From an uncultured delta proteobacterium (lineage in GTDB: Bacteria > Desulfobacterota > RBG-13-43-22), in contig CAVUPH010000012.1 of NCBI GenBank assembly GCA_963743305.1, positions 76,748 through 140,747 of the forward strand: DNA of 64,000 nucleotides, in the 5' to 3' direction. Below are positions 29,675 to 38,806 of the stretch, one piece after another (within the stretch, counting starts at the first letter, position 1; every line of letters begins with the position of its first letter). The position numbers were made by a program, and so were the translations under genes. The notes under the pieces are model-generated. The model searched no databases. It was given only the letters and a program-made list of their open reading frames with translations, and was not told the DNA's origin.

Positions 29675-31132
29675 TTATCCCTTCTTCTTATATTGCGACA
29701 CCAGGCTCAGCGGCGTCACGAAAATATGCTTGAGCTTTCCGTAAGGCAAATAGGCCACCAGCAGCGCCCCCAGGACGGCGTGGGCATACCAGAAGTACAC
29801 ATAGGCAACAGGCCAGTCCGCCGGCAACCAGGCAAATAACCGGGAAAGCAGGTAGCCCACAAACGAATAGGCCGCCTTTTCCGGGGGAATCCCGGTTACC
29901 AGGATACGGGCGCCCTCCAGGAAAAACCCCACCAACACCAGGGCCCCCAAAATGACCAGGGCCCAGTTGTCTTTCCATTCACTAATGACCTGAGGGGACT
30001 TCACGACCAACCGTTGAATGACCAAGGCCGCCAAACCCGCTAGGATGAACAACCCCAGAAGGTCATTGGTCAGGGCCACGAAGGGATGGTTCTTGTCGAT
30101 CAGGGCATAGGCCAGCGCGCCGCCGGGTTTAAAAAAATAGGAAAAATGGGTCAACAAAGCCAGCCCGAACCGCGACAGGATAGCGTAGTAAATCAAGGAG
30201 TGGATGGACCAGCGTTTGACGCTCTCCTGCAGAATCCGCCGCTGCAGCAACACATCAAAGAAGAAAGTTTTGAGCAGGGGCCATAACTCCCGGGAAAAGA
30301 CAACGGACCAAGCCGCTTCCGAACCCAGGCTGATTTTTCGGTGGATCGATTTTTCCTCTCCCTGGACACTCCCGCTGAGCCAGAACATTCCCGTCAACAG
30401 GAGACCCAGGCCAAAAATAACCAGGGCCGCCCAGAACAAGGGGTGCCCGACGGCGATCGGGGCATAGTGGCAGGGCAGGCAGAGCAGGCTTTTCGCCGGA
30501 AGGACCGCCGCTGCCGCCCCCACTTTATTCCCCGGCACATGGCAACGTTGACAGAACTCCGTACTTCGGGTATCCGGCAGCCGATGGTCGGTCAGCGCCA
30601 TGGGGCTCCCCCGGGCATCGAGCCGGGAAAGAACCACCCGGTCTATGGATTTATTGAGTACCGCCGCCTTTGACTGCCGGTGGCAGGCCTGGCAGCTTAC
30701 CCGCAGATGGGGATCATGGGCCGCGCCTTCCCCGTGGACCGTATGGCAGGAGAGGCACTGGGCCCCCACCCGGGTCCGATGCGGTGAGCGGGCCACGTCG
30801 GTATGACAGGCCATACAGGCCACCATCCGGTGGCGATTGCCGATAAAGGATTCGGGGGTTACCTGCAAGGAAACCGCCGTATCCCCCCAGCTTCGTTTCA
30901 GGCCTTCCCGGGCGTGGCACTCCAAACACAGGGCTTGAATAGCCAGGGCCCCTTCATTGGTCTGGATGTTCGGCCGGCGGTGGCAATCCAGACAGACCCG
31001 TTCCTTTCCCTCCGCCATGACCGGCATGGAAACCGGCGCCTCCGCCCACCCGCTCCGAGCTCCCGGGAGGCACCCCAGCACGGCCGTCAGCAGCAGGAAC
31101 CCCAGTAGGTTTTTTATATCTTTTCTTTGCAT
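29675..31132 (-). CDS. Heptaheme cytochrome c fused to a NarI/HdrE-like membrane cytochrome b
   Basis: Signal peptide, 7 CxxCH, then TM helices with RWSIHSL, GFFLEGAR, YAHAVL and YLPYGKLKHIF. Confidence 0.85.
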   Translation of the reverse strand: MQRKDIKNLLGFLLLTAVLGCLPGARSGWAEAPVSMPVMAEGKERVCLDCHRRPNIQTNEGALAIQALCLECHAREGLKRSWGDTAVSLQVTPESFIGNRHRMVACMACHTDVARSPHRTRVGAQCLSCHTVHGEGAAHDPHLRVSCQACHRQSKAAVLNKSIDRVVLSRLDARGSPMALTDHRLPDTRSTEFCQRCHVPGNKVGAAAAVLPAKSLLCLPCHYAPIAVGHPLFWAALVIFGLGLLLTGMFWLSGSVQGEEKSIHRKISLGSEAAWSVVFSRELWPLLKTFFFDVLLQRRILQESVKRWSIHSLIYYAILSRFGLALLTHFSYFFKPGGALAYALIDKNHPFVALTNDLLGLFILAGLAALVIQRLVVKSPQVISEWKDNWALVILGALVLVGFFLEGARILVTGIPPEKAAYSFVGYLLSRLFAWLPADWPVAYVYFWYAHAVLGALLVAYLPYGKLKHIFVTPLSLVSQYKKKG

Positions 31133-31158
31133 TTTGAAATGTACGCTTGGCCTGTCAA

Positions 31159-31863
31159 CTATCGGTTCCTCTCCTGCTGCACATCTTCCCATTCCCCCGG
31201 GTGCTCGTGTTCCATCCTCTCCGGGGTGGTCTTCCCGTTGAAAATGGATTTGTCCAGCGGATAGACCTCCGGACGCAGATGGGCGGTCACCCCATGCACC
31301 ACGAATTTCAAGGCCACCGCCAACAGGGCTTCATAGAGATGAAGGACCCGGGCCAGGTTGATAAAATATCCGGGCATCCACCCGCTGAAAAACACCGGAA
31401 ACCAGAGCACCAGCCCGGTCAGGCCCATGGTGTTCATCCCCACCAGCATGGCCCAGTAATCCAGTTTCTCCCAGTAGGTGAACCGGTTAAATCGCGGCGG
31501 GCGGCCTTTTCCCAGAAAGTATTGGACATGGGCCAGGAGATCCTTCAGATCCTGGCTCCCGGGAAAGGCCGATTGGGGCCCGGTCAGGCGCCCCTTCAAC
31601 ACGCCCTTGAAATAGACCAGCCAACCCAAGTGGATCACCACGCCACCGTAAGTGATCACCGCCCAGAAGCGGTGCCAGTAACCGGTCCAGCCCGGGCCGC
31701 CCCATAAGCCAACGATCCACTGGGCCCAGGTCTGGGAACTGAATTTGAGGGGAAACCCGGTCAGTGCCAGGCCGACAAACCCCACCATGATGACCCAGTG
31801 CAGCAGGCGGTGAATAACCGGAAACCGGATCAACGATTGGTTTTCCTGCCGGTCGACGGTCAT
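31159..31863 (-). CDS. Cytochrome b subunit (FdnI/CbcL-like)
   Basis: HRLLHW..LTGFPL, WHR, IHL, RFTYWEKLDYW, LHLYEALLA; ATG 31863. Confidence 0.85.
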   Translation of the reverse strand: MTVDRQENQSLIRFPVIHRLLHWVIMVGFVGLALTGFPLKFSSQTWAQWIVGLWGGPGWTGYWHRFWAVITYGGVVIHLGWLVYFKGVLKGRLTGPQSAFPGSQDLKDLLAHVQYFLGKGRPPRFNRFTYWEKLDYWAMLVGMNTMGLTGLVLWFPVFFSGWMPGYFINLARVLHLYEALLAVALKFVVHGVTAHLRPEVYPLDKSIFNGKTTPERMEHEHPGEWEDVQQERNR

Positions 31864-32777
31864 GGCCGGCGCCTTTTCAGTTTTTCGTGCAGCTCCCGCA
31901 GCAGCCAGATGAAACTGTGTCCATAGAAGAAAGCCACCAGGGCGATGACCAGTACCAGCATAACCAGGGTCACCGTTTGGATGAGTTCCACCCGGGCCTT
32001 TTTCTCCCGGTCTTTTTCGGTCAGGTCTTTGGTCGCGGGATGAATAACGAATTCGGCCAGGCGCTCCCCGGCCTGGGGATGGCAGCGCCGGCAGGCGGTC
32101 AGGGCGATCTTTTTGTCTTTCAAGGAAACACATTGGTGGGCGCCGTGGCAGTCAGTGCAGTAAGCGGCATTGATCTGGCCCAACCAAACAGCCTTCTTCC
32201 CGTGACTGTTCTCCAGGTAGGTAGCTTTCTGAGAGGGATGGCAGGACCCGCAGGACTCGGTCATGGCCCGGCCGATCTCCAAACGGGTTCGGTGGGCTTT
32301 TTCATAATGGGAAGAATGGCACTGACCGCAGGTCGGGGCCGGGGTCCTTGGATCCTCCAAGGACTCTCCTCGAGAAAGAAGATCCTTTTCCTTTTGCCGG
32401 GCCAGGGCATGGGCCCCGATTTGATACCGATCATAGCCCGTCCGGTGGCAGGACCGACAGCGGCCGTAGTCAAAGAGGCGACTGGCCTCCTGCTTGAGAA
32501 AAAGGGGTACCCTTGAATCCGGGTGAATCTTGCCTGCTTCCTTCATGGTCCCGTGGCAGACCTCGCAGGTCAGCGTACCATGGGCCGAGGTTGAAAATCG
32601 GCTTAGGTCGACAAACCAGGAGGAAGCGGGGGGCGCCTCTTTGGCCCACAGGTTTTGGCCGAGAAGACTCAGACTGACCCAGACGCCAAAGAAAACTATC
32701 CGGGCCGGTTTCCGACAAAAACTAAATGTGCTGATAAATAGCCGGGGCTGAAAACCGGCTGAATTTGACTTCATCAG
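31860..32777 (-). CDS. Hexaheme cytochrome c with C-terminal membrane anchor
   Basis: 6 CxxCH (CEVCH, CRSCH, CGQCH, CGSCH, CTDCH, CRRCH), signal peptide, C-terminal TM helix. Confidence 0.88.
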   Translation of the reverse strand: MMKSNSAGFQPRLFISTFSFCRKPARIVFFGVWVSLSLLGQNLWAKEAPPASSWFVDLSRFSTSAHGTLTCEVCHGTMKEAGKIHPDSRVPLFLKQEASRLFDYGRCRSCHRTGYDRYQIGAHALARQKEKDLLSRGESLEDPRTPAPTCGQCHSSHYEKAHRTRLEIGRAMTESCGSCHPSQKATYLENSHGKKAVWLGQINAAYCTDCHGAHQCVSLKDKKIALTACRRCHPQAGERLAEFVIHPATKDLTEKDREKKARVELIQTVTLVMLVLVIALVAFFYGHSFIWLLRELHEKLKRRRP

Positions 32778-33945
32778 CAACCGCCTTTTTGGTCTGAAAA
32801 TAAATGGTGAGAAAATCTTGGGCCAGGGTCCTTAAACCCTGGAATATTTTTTCGGCCAGGGGAGTGGATTCCAGTCCCTGGTCTGAGTATTTTTTGAGTT
32901 CCCGCAACTGCCGGGTGATCTGCTCCGCGGCATTCACCACCGCTGTCCCTCGCCGCGAGCCATGGATCCGGTTCACCTGCTCCAGCGATTTTAACCGTTT
33001 CCAGATCGCCTCCAAAAATACCCTCATTTTCAAAGGCTCATACGTTTTCCAGCCGATTTTCCAGTTTAGAGAAAAGTTTTCGATTCCGGCGACCACGATG
33101 CGGGCGTTACTCACTTCACGTTTGACCGCCAGGACCCACTGCCGGGCTTCGTCTATTTCCATAACCCGGGGAACAGTCGAAGACTGTTGTTTTGGGCCTA
33201 AGCCTTCCCGGGTTTCATTCCGGACCATCCGAACCATCAGATTATTGGCGCTGGCGAAACGGGGATGTTCCAGGTGGGGCCCCGAAAGATAAAAAGATCC
33301 GGCCCCCAACTTTTTCCGAATAATGGCGGCCTTTCCGATCAGCGTCTTTCGGGCCAGTTCCGGGTCCACCAGGAAGGCGGTCCTATCGGTAAACCCGGTA
33401 TAAGTGGCCAGGGTTTCGGTCCGGTCATAGGGGACCATGGCCGGACCGCCATAGAGCGGAGCCGGAAAAATCCCGGTCAGCGGCATTTTTTCATTGGCCG
33501 AAAGCTGAACCTCCTCGCGCACGGGATGGAAGATGAAAGAACAGCCGTAGGGCTGGCTGAATTTTTCCTTTAATTGTTTCGGTTCCGGGAGGATGGAGGT
33601 CAGGTTGCTTATCCTAGCCTCCACAAAATTAAAGAGGTCCAAGGGGTCCTTGGACGACCGCAAGGGTAAATAGGCCCCGGCACAGGAGCCCAGATAAATC
33701 CCCCCGCCCCGGACGAAGGTCTCGATCGCCATCGCCCCCTTACTTCCCAGACCTTTGGCCATGGCAAAGGTGTCGCCTCCGGAAACGGCTAGGAACGACA
33801 GGCCTTTCAATTCACCCTCCCTGATCCCGGCTTCGTCCAGAAGCCTCAGGTCATAAAAGCCGGAGGTTTCAAAGAGATCCGCGAACCAGAGCCAGGAATG
33901 GGAGCTGCCCTGACCGGTGTAAATAGCGATCGCAGTACTCGGCAT
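32722..33945 (-). CDS. BPL_N / class I glutamine-amidotransferase-like protein
   Basis: VSGGD, GGIYLGSCAGAY nucleophile elbow, GPHLE. Confidence 0.72.
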   Translation of the reverse strand: MPSTAIAIYTGQGSSHSWLWFADLFETSGFYDLRLLDEAGIREGELKGLSFLAVSGGDTFAMAKGLGSKGAMAIETFVRGGGIYLGSCAGAYLPLRSSKDPLDLFNFVEARISNLTSILPEPKQLKEKFSQPYGCSFIFHPVREEVQLSANEKMPLTGIFPAPLYGGPAMVPYDRTETLATYTGFTDRTAFLVDPELARKTLIGKAAIIRKKLGAGSFYLSGPHLEHPRFASANNLMVRMVRNETREGLGPKQQSSTVPRVMEIDEARQWVLAVKREVSNARIVVAGIENFSLNWKIGWKTYEPLKMRVFLEAIWKRLKSLEQVNRIHGSRRGTAVVNAAEQITRQLRELKKYSDQGLESTPLAEKIFQGLRTLAQDFLTIYFQTKKAVADEVKFSRFSAPAIYQHI

Positions 33946-33974
33946 CAAGGAACCATCGATTTTTATTTGTCGCC

Positions 33975-34290
33975 TCGCCCTTTTGGGTGGGTACTCCCCC
34001 CATAACTGGTATGGCCGCCGGGTCTCGGCCAAAGGGTTTTCCAAAGGTACTCCGGACTTCGAATCCGGGCCTAACTTATTAATTTTATTTAAAGCAGGCC
34101 CATACTCAGAGACTTTTGACGCCTACTAGGCCGGCCCTGCCTCCTGTAAGATTTGACCAGATGGGGGCCGGGTTAGAACCGAAAAAACATTGTGGAAAAC
34201 CCTTTGGCCGAGACCCGGCGGCCATAGAGCTCCGCTTACAGACTAAGCTAATCTATAATTGTGGCCACCCACCCAATAGGGCGAACAACC
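33975..34290. repeat. ~310-bp palindromic MITE/REPIN-like element, copy A
   Basis: Terminal IR TCGCCCTTTTGGGTGGGT / ACCCACCCAATAGGGCGA; perfect 31-bp inner IR at 34013-34043 and 34193-34223. Confidence 0.85.
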
Positions 34291-34292
34291 TT

Positions 34293-35603
34293 TTATTTAA
34301 CAAGATCATCAATGACGTTATCCAGTGTCTCCCGGGGAAACTCCAGCCCCGTTCCGAGCCGGGCCAATTCCAACAGGTTCTCCGCGGTCAATTCCGGCGA
34401 CATCAAGGCAAAGATTGGATGAATGCCGAAGATATAAGCTAGGGCCTGGCGTTTGGCCCACCAGTCGCCTTCGGCGGACCCGCTGAAATCGGCTCCCAGG
34501 GGTTGCGGCGGGGCCCAGGGGCTGAAAGGCGTTTTTCCGATATCCTCCAAAGGACCTTGGAGGCCCGGCAGGGATTTCCGGATGGCCTCCATATGGTCGG
34601 CGCCGGACTTCCGGCATAACTCGGACACGGCCACCGGATCGAGGCCGTTGCGTGCGCAGTCTTTCAGCAGGCGGCAGGAATCAACCGCCGAAAGTCCGAT
34701 CTTTTTGAAGCCCAACAACCCGAAAAGGTCGGTGATCAAGAAACCGGGTTCAGCCCCTGCGGTCTCCTGGAGCATCCGGGGGTCTTCGTCCAGGAAAACA
34801 AAGGTGTTGGTGGCATAGGGGGTGTTAAAACAGGCCCGGTGGCGGTGGGTGATGGGGGCCAGCCATTCGGGAACATCGTTTTCGCCCAGAGCGGCGGCTA
34901 TTTCGGCGATTCCCTTCTTCCCCGCCCAGGGACCTTTCTTGATCTCGCCCAGCAAAGCCTGGCTTTGGGCGATGAAACCTTCCGCATCGGCAATCTCCAG
35001 GAGCCCCATGCCGCGAAAGGCGATCCCCTTTAGTTTTTTCGAGCCGAATAGGCCGCCGAATCCCCAGCGGTCGCCGCTGCCCCAATAATTGATATGGACC
35101 TGGGCCAGACTGGAGGCGGCTTCCCCGGCCGGACCGATGGCCAGGACCTGGATGAGATCATCCCCCAGGGACTGGCGAATGGCCTCGGTAGTCTGCCAGA
35201 GGTCCCGGCCCCAGAGATCATCGGCCGGGTTGCTATCCAGAATCCCGTCGTGAAGCCAGAGCGATACCGGACGGGCCGAGGCCCCCTTGATGACCAAATA
35301 GTCAAAACCGGAGAATTTCAGTTCCATCCCGGCGTATAAGGTCAAGGGCGCGTGGCCGACCCGGCCGTTCAGAGGGCTCCTGGCGGTCAGCACCCCCAGC
35401 GACGAGCCGGGAACCAGGGTGCCGGTGAGCAACCCGGACCCCAGCACGATCGGGTCTTCCGCCTCGTATTGGGCGTACAGGGCGGAGGTGATCCCGGCCC
35501 CGCCGATTTTTTCCTGGACCAGGCTCTCCTCCAACTCCTCTTCTTTGATCTCGCCCGTGCTCAAATCGATGATCGCAATTTTATTCGCAGAGAGATTATC
35601 CAT
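34293..35603 (-). CDS. Aldehyde:ferredoxin oxidoreductase-like protein, short and degenerate
   Basis: AFOR N-domain motifs (GLLTGT, SPL, LKFSGFD, AIGPAGE, GSKKLKGIA); only 436 aa. Confidence 0.78.
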   Translation of the reverse strand: MDNLSANKIAIIDLSTGEIKEEELEESLVQEKIGGAGITSALYAQYEAEDPIVLGSGLLTGTLVPGSSLGVLTARSPLNGRVGHAPLTLYAGMELKFSGFDYLVIKGASARPVSLWLHDGILDSNPADDLWGRDLWQTTEAIRQSLGDDLIQVLAIGPAGEAASSLAQVHINYWGSGDRWGFGGLFGSKKLKGIAFRGMGLLEIADAEGFIAQSQALLGEIKKGPWAGKKGIAEIAAALGENDVPEWLAPITHRHRACFNTPYATNTFVFLDEDPRMLQETAGAEPGFLITDLFGLLGFKKIGLSAVDSCRLLKDCARNGLDPVAVSELCRKSGADHMEAIRKSLPGLQGPLEDIGKTPFSPWAPPQPLGADFSGSAEGDWWAKRQALAYIFGIHPIFALMSPELTAENLLELARLGTGLEFPRETLDNVIDDLVK

Positions 35604-35616
35604 TAATGGGGCTCCT

Positions 35617-35967
35617 TTAGTCTAAATAGATGGCGTCCACCGGGCAGAATTGAAGGCACAAAGGACCCCCTTCCCGGTCCTGGCAAAGGTCGCAGGGTTC
35701 GCGGAGGAGCATAGGTTTGGCCGAGGCATCCCCTTTGGACTTTTCATCGACTTCCCCGATCTTTTTTACCTCCAGCCCTTCCGGCCGGGCAATGACCAGG
35801 CTTTCCTCCTCTTTCAAAATCACCCCGAAATAATCTTTTTTTTCTTTAGTCCGGTAAGTCACAATGCAGGCCGAGAGCAGCGCGAAAGCATCGTCCCGAT
35901 GATATCCGCAGGCCATCTCGCAGGCCATGCAGGCCGTACATTTTAACGGATCGATTTTGACTCCCAT
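35617..35967 (-). CDS. Small 4Fe-4S ferredoxin-like protein
   Basis: CTACMACEMAC...CDLC..CLQFCP. Confidence 0.8.
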   Translation of the reverse strand: MGVKIDPLKCTACMACEMACGYHRDDAFALLSACIVTYRTKEKKDYFGVILKEEESLVIARPEGLEVKKIGEVDEKSKGDASAKPMLLREPCDLCQDREGGPLCLQFCPVDAIYLD

Positions 35968-36158
35968 GTCTGGTCTCCTTTGACGGACTTTTTACCAGTC
36001 GATAAATTTATGGGACATTTATATAAAAGGTCGATTACAAAAGTCAAACAAAAACAGTATAAAAAATATAATTATTATGATATTTCGCTTGACACCGCCG
36101 TTTTCCTTTGTCTAAGATAGCCGCGAAAGCCTACCCCAATTAATCAGGAAGGTTTCCT

Positions 36159-37049
36159 TTGTTCCAGGCAGCCAGCAAAAGCCACAAAATCTCTGATCAG
36201 ATTATAGATCAGTTCCGGGACGCCATCCTTTCCGGTCAATTGAAACCCGGCGAAAAAGTGGCCTCGGAAAAAGAGCTGACGCTCCAGTTCGGGGTCAGCA
36301 AAGCCACCCTCCGCGAGGCCCTTCGCGTCCTGGAGGCCATGGGTCTGATCGAAATCCGAAAAGGGACGGCCGGGGGGGCTTTTGTCGCCGGAGTCGACAT
36401 GCGGGCCACGTTGAACAGCCTGGTCAACTTCCTCCGCTTCGAAAAGATCTCCGTCAGGGAAATCACCATGTTCCGTTATCTGATCGAGCCCACGGTCGCC
36501 GGAATCGCCGCCACCGGGATCACGGATAAGGACATATTCAATCTGAGAAAAATCATCGGACGGACCGTCACCAAGGGTAAAAATGAGGTTTCCAAAGAAA
36601 TCGGATTTCACCGCTATCTGGCCCGAATGGTAGATAATACCCTGCTGAATTTGATCATAGACTTCGTTGATAATATCCTCAGCTCCCTCAAAACCGAATT
36701 GCAACTGGAAGACGTGTTTTACCGAAACGTCCGGACCTCTCATCGATATATATTGGAATGCATGATCCAGAAAGACCCCATCGCCGCCGCGGTCGCCATG
36801 GGAAACGACCTGATCGAGGTCGGCGACTATCTGGCTGAGGTCACTAAAACCGCGCCGTTCGACCCCCAGGAACTCCCCCAGTTCTGGTCCTCCGATCACT
36901 GGCACCTGCTCTTGAACCCGGGGGCCCGGGTGGTAGCCGAGGGAGATCCGCTGATGAAAAACCGGGGGGTTATTTTGAAGCGGGTGGGGACCAGCCCGCT
37001 GTTTCTGGCTTCCCAACCCCCGACCGGCATAACCCAACGATCGACCTAG
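36159..37049 (+). CDS. FadR/GntR-family transcriptional regulator
   Basis: LKPGEKVASEKEL..FGVSKATLREALRVLE HTH plus FCD domain; TTGACA-N18-TAAGAT upstream. Confidence 0.9.
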   Translation: MFQAASKSHKISDQIIDQFRDAILSGQLKPGEKVASEKELTLQFGVSKATLREALRVLEAMGLIEIRKGTAGGAFVAGVDMRATLNSLVNFLRFEKISVREITMFRYLIEPTVAGIAATGITDKDIFNLRKIIGRTVTKGKNEVSKEIGFHRYLARMVDNTLLNLIIDFVDNILSSLKTELQLEDVFYRNVRTSHRYILECMIQKDPIAAAVAMGNDLIEVGDYLAEVTKTAPFDPQELPQFWSSDHWHLLLNPGARVVAEGDPLMKNRGVILKRVGTSPLFLASQPPTGITQRST

Positions 37050-37176
37050 GTATTCATTTTCGCAACCCAAAACCGAGAACAGCGGTAAAGGGAGGCGGAA
37101 AAGGAAGACGGAGAGAGGTAATTAGAGATTAAATAATGCCCAAAAAAACAAAGACCACCTACGGGGAGGATAAGAT

Positions 37177-38694
37177 ATGGCAGACAAACATTTAAAGTAT
37201 TGTGTCAACAACGAGTGGAGGGAATCCAGCACCGGCAAATGTATGCCGGTGACGAATTCCAGCACGGGAGAGATTATGGCGGAGGCCCCTTGCTGTACCG
37301 TTGACGAAGTGGAAAGCGCCGTGGCGGCGGCTAAAGCGGCCTTCCCGAAATGGTCGAGCAAGTCCGTGCAACAGCGAACCGAGTTAATGTTTCATTTCCG
37401 TCAGCTTCTGGAGGCCCACCTGGAGGAGTTGACTCTTTCGGTTTCCATGGAGCTAGGCAAAAACCTGGATGAAGCCCGCGGGGATATCCTTAAAAGCATC
37501 GAGGTGGTGGAACTGGCCTGCGCCGCTCCGGTGCTCATGCAGGGGGACGCCCTGATGAACGTTTCCACCGGGCACGATACGGTCATGTACCGCGAGCCGA
37601 TCGGCGTTTTTGCGGGGATCGTTCCCTTCAACTTCCCGTCCATGATCCCCTTCGGCTGGATGATTCCCCTGTGTATCACCATGGGCAACACCTTTGTCCT
37701 CAAGGCGGCCAGTCTGACGCCTCAGACCGCGGTGCGGGTTTTGGAACTGCTCATCCAAGCCGGAATGCCCCCCGGGGTGGTGAACCTGGTGACCTGCAGC
37801 CGCGATGAAGCGGGACTGCTTCTCAAGCACCCCGACGTCCGGGGGATTTCTTACGTCGGGTCCACTGCAGTGGGCCGCCATATTTATGCCACGGCCGCCG
37901 CCCACGGCAAAAGAGTTCAAGCCCTTTGCGAGGCCAAAAACCACGCCCTGGTCATGCGCGATGCCGCACTGGAGCGCTCCGCTTTAGGGATCATCAATTC
38001 AACCTTCGGCTGCGCCGGCATGCGCTGCATGGCCTTGCCGGTCCTCTGCGTGGAAGAGGCCTGTGCCGACGAATTCCTGGGTTACCTGATCAAGTTCGCC
38101 AAGGAGCGCAAGGTCGGATGTGCTTACCATCCTGATACGGAACTGGGACCGGTGGTCTCCGCGGAGCATAAGAAATCGATTATCGACTGGATCAACAAGG
38201 GGGTCGCCGAGGGCGCCGAACTGGTTCTCGACGGAAGGGATGTCGTCGTCCCCGGGTTTGAAAACGGTCACTACATCGGCCCCACCATTTTCGATCATGT
38301 CCAGCCGGGGATGAGCGTGGGCGATTCCGAGATTTTCGGTCCGGTGACCTGTATCAAACGGGTCAAGGATTTCGAAGAAGGCCTGGCCATCATGAACGCC
38401 AGTCCCTTTGCCAACGGATCGGCCATCTTTACTCAAAACGGCTATTACGCCAGGGAGTTCGCCCGGAGGACCGACGCCGGTATGGTCGGGGTCAATGTAG
38501 GCATTCCCGTCCCTATCTCTTACTTCCCCTTTTCCGGACACAAGCAGTCCTTTTTTGGCGACCTGCATGTCATGGGCCGAGACGGGGTGGCCTTCTACAC
38601 GGAATCCAAGTGTGTCACCTCCCGCTGGTTCGGTGAAGTAGAGAAAAAAGAGACCAAGATCAGCACCTGGGAAGGGACGATTGCCCGGAAGTAA
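37177..38694 (+). CDS. mmsA: CoA-acylating (methyl)malonate-semialdehyde dehydrogenase
   Basis: PFNFP, KRVQALCEAKNH, GCAGMRCMA, EIFGPV, GVNVGIPVP, SFFGDLH. Confidence 0.92.
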   Translation: MADKHLKYCVNNEWRESSTGKCMPVTNSSTGEIMAEAPCCTVDEVESAVAAAKAAFPKWSSKSVQQRTELMFHFRQLLEAHLEELTLSVSMELGKNLDEARGDILKSIEVVELACAAPVLMQGDALMNVSTGHDTVMYREPIGVFAGIVPFNFPSMIPFGWMIPLCITMGNTFVLKAASLTPQTAVRVLELLIQAGMPPGVVNLVTCSRDEAGLLLKHPDVRGISYVGSTAVGRHIYATAAAHGKRVQALCEAKNHALVMRDAALERSALGIINSTFGCAGMRCMALPVLCVEEACADEFLGYLIKFAKERKVGCAYHPDTELGPVVSAEHKKSIIDWINKGVAEGAELVLDGRDVVVPGFENGHYIGPTIFDHVQPGMSVGDSEIFGPVTCIKRVKDFEEGLAIMNASPFANGSAIFTQNGYYAREFARRTDAGMVGVNVGIPVPISYFPFSGHKQSFFGDLHVMGRDGVAFYTESKCVTSRWFGEVEKKETKISTWEGTIARK

Positions 38695-38806
38695 TAACCC
38701 GAGGATCGTCATTCCCCACCTTTTGTCGGAGTAGGACAAAAAAAGGAAAGGTGAAATTAATAACGGCTTTTTGCCATGCTGTCAATCCTGAAACAAGGAG
38801 AGTTTT

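Noticed and set aside
34116-34442. Small ORFs inside the palindromic element (also 57403-57844)
   Set aside because: Starts and stops are not conserved between copies and no transposase motifs are present.
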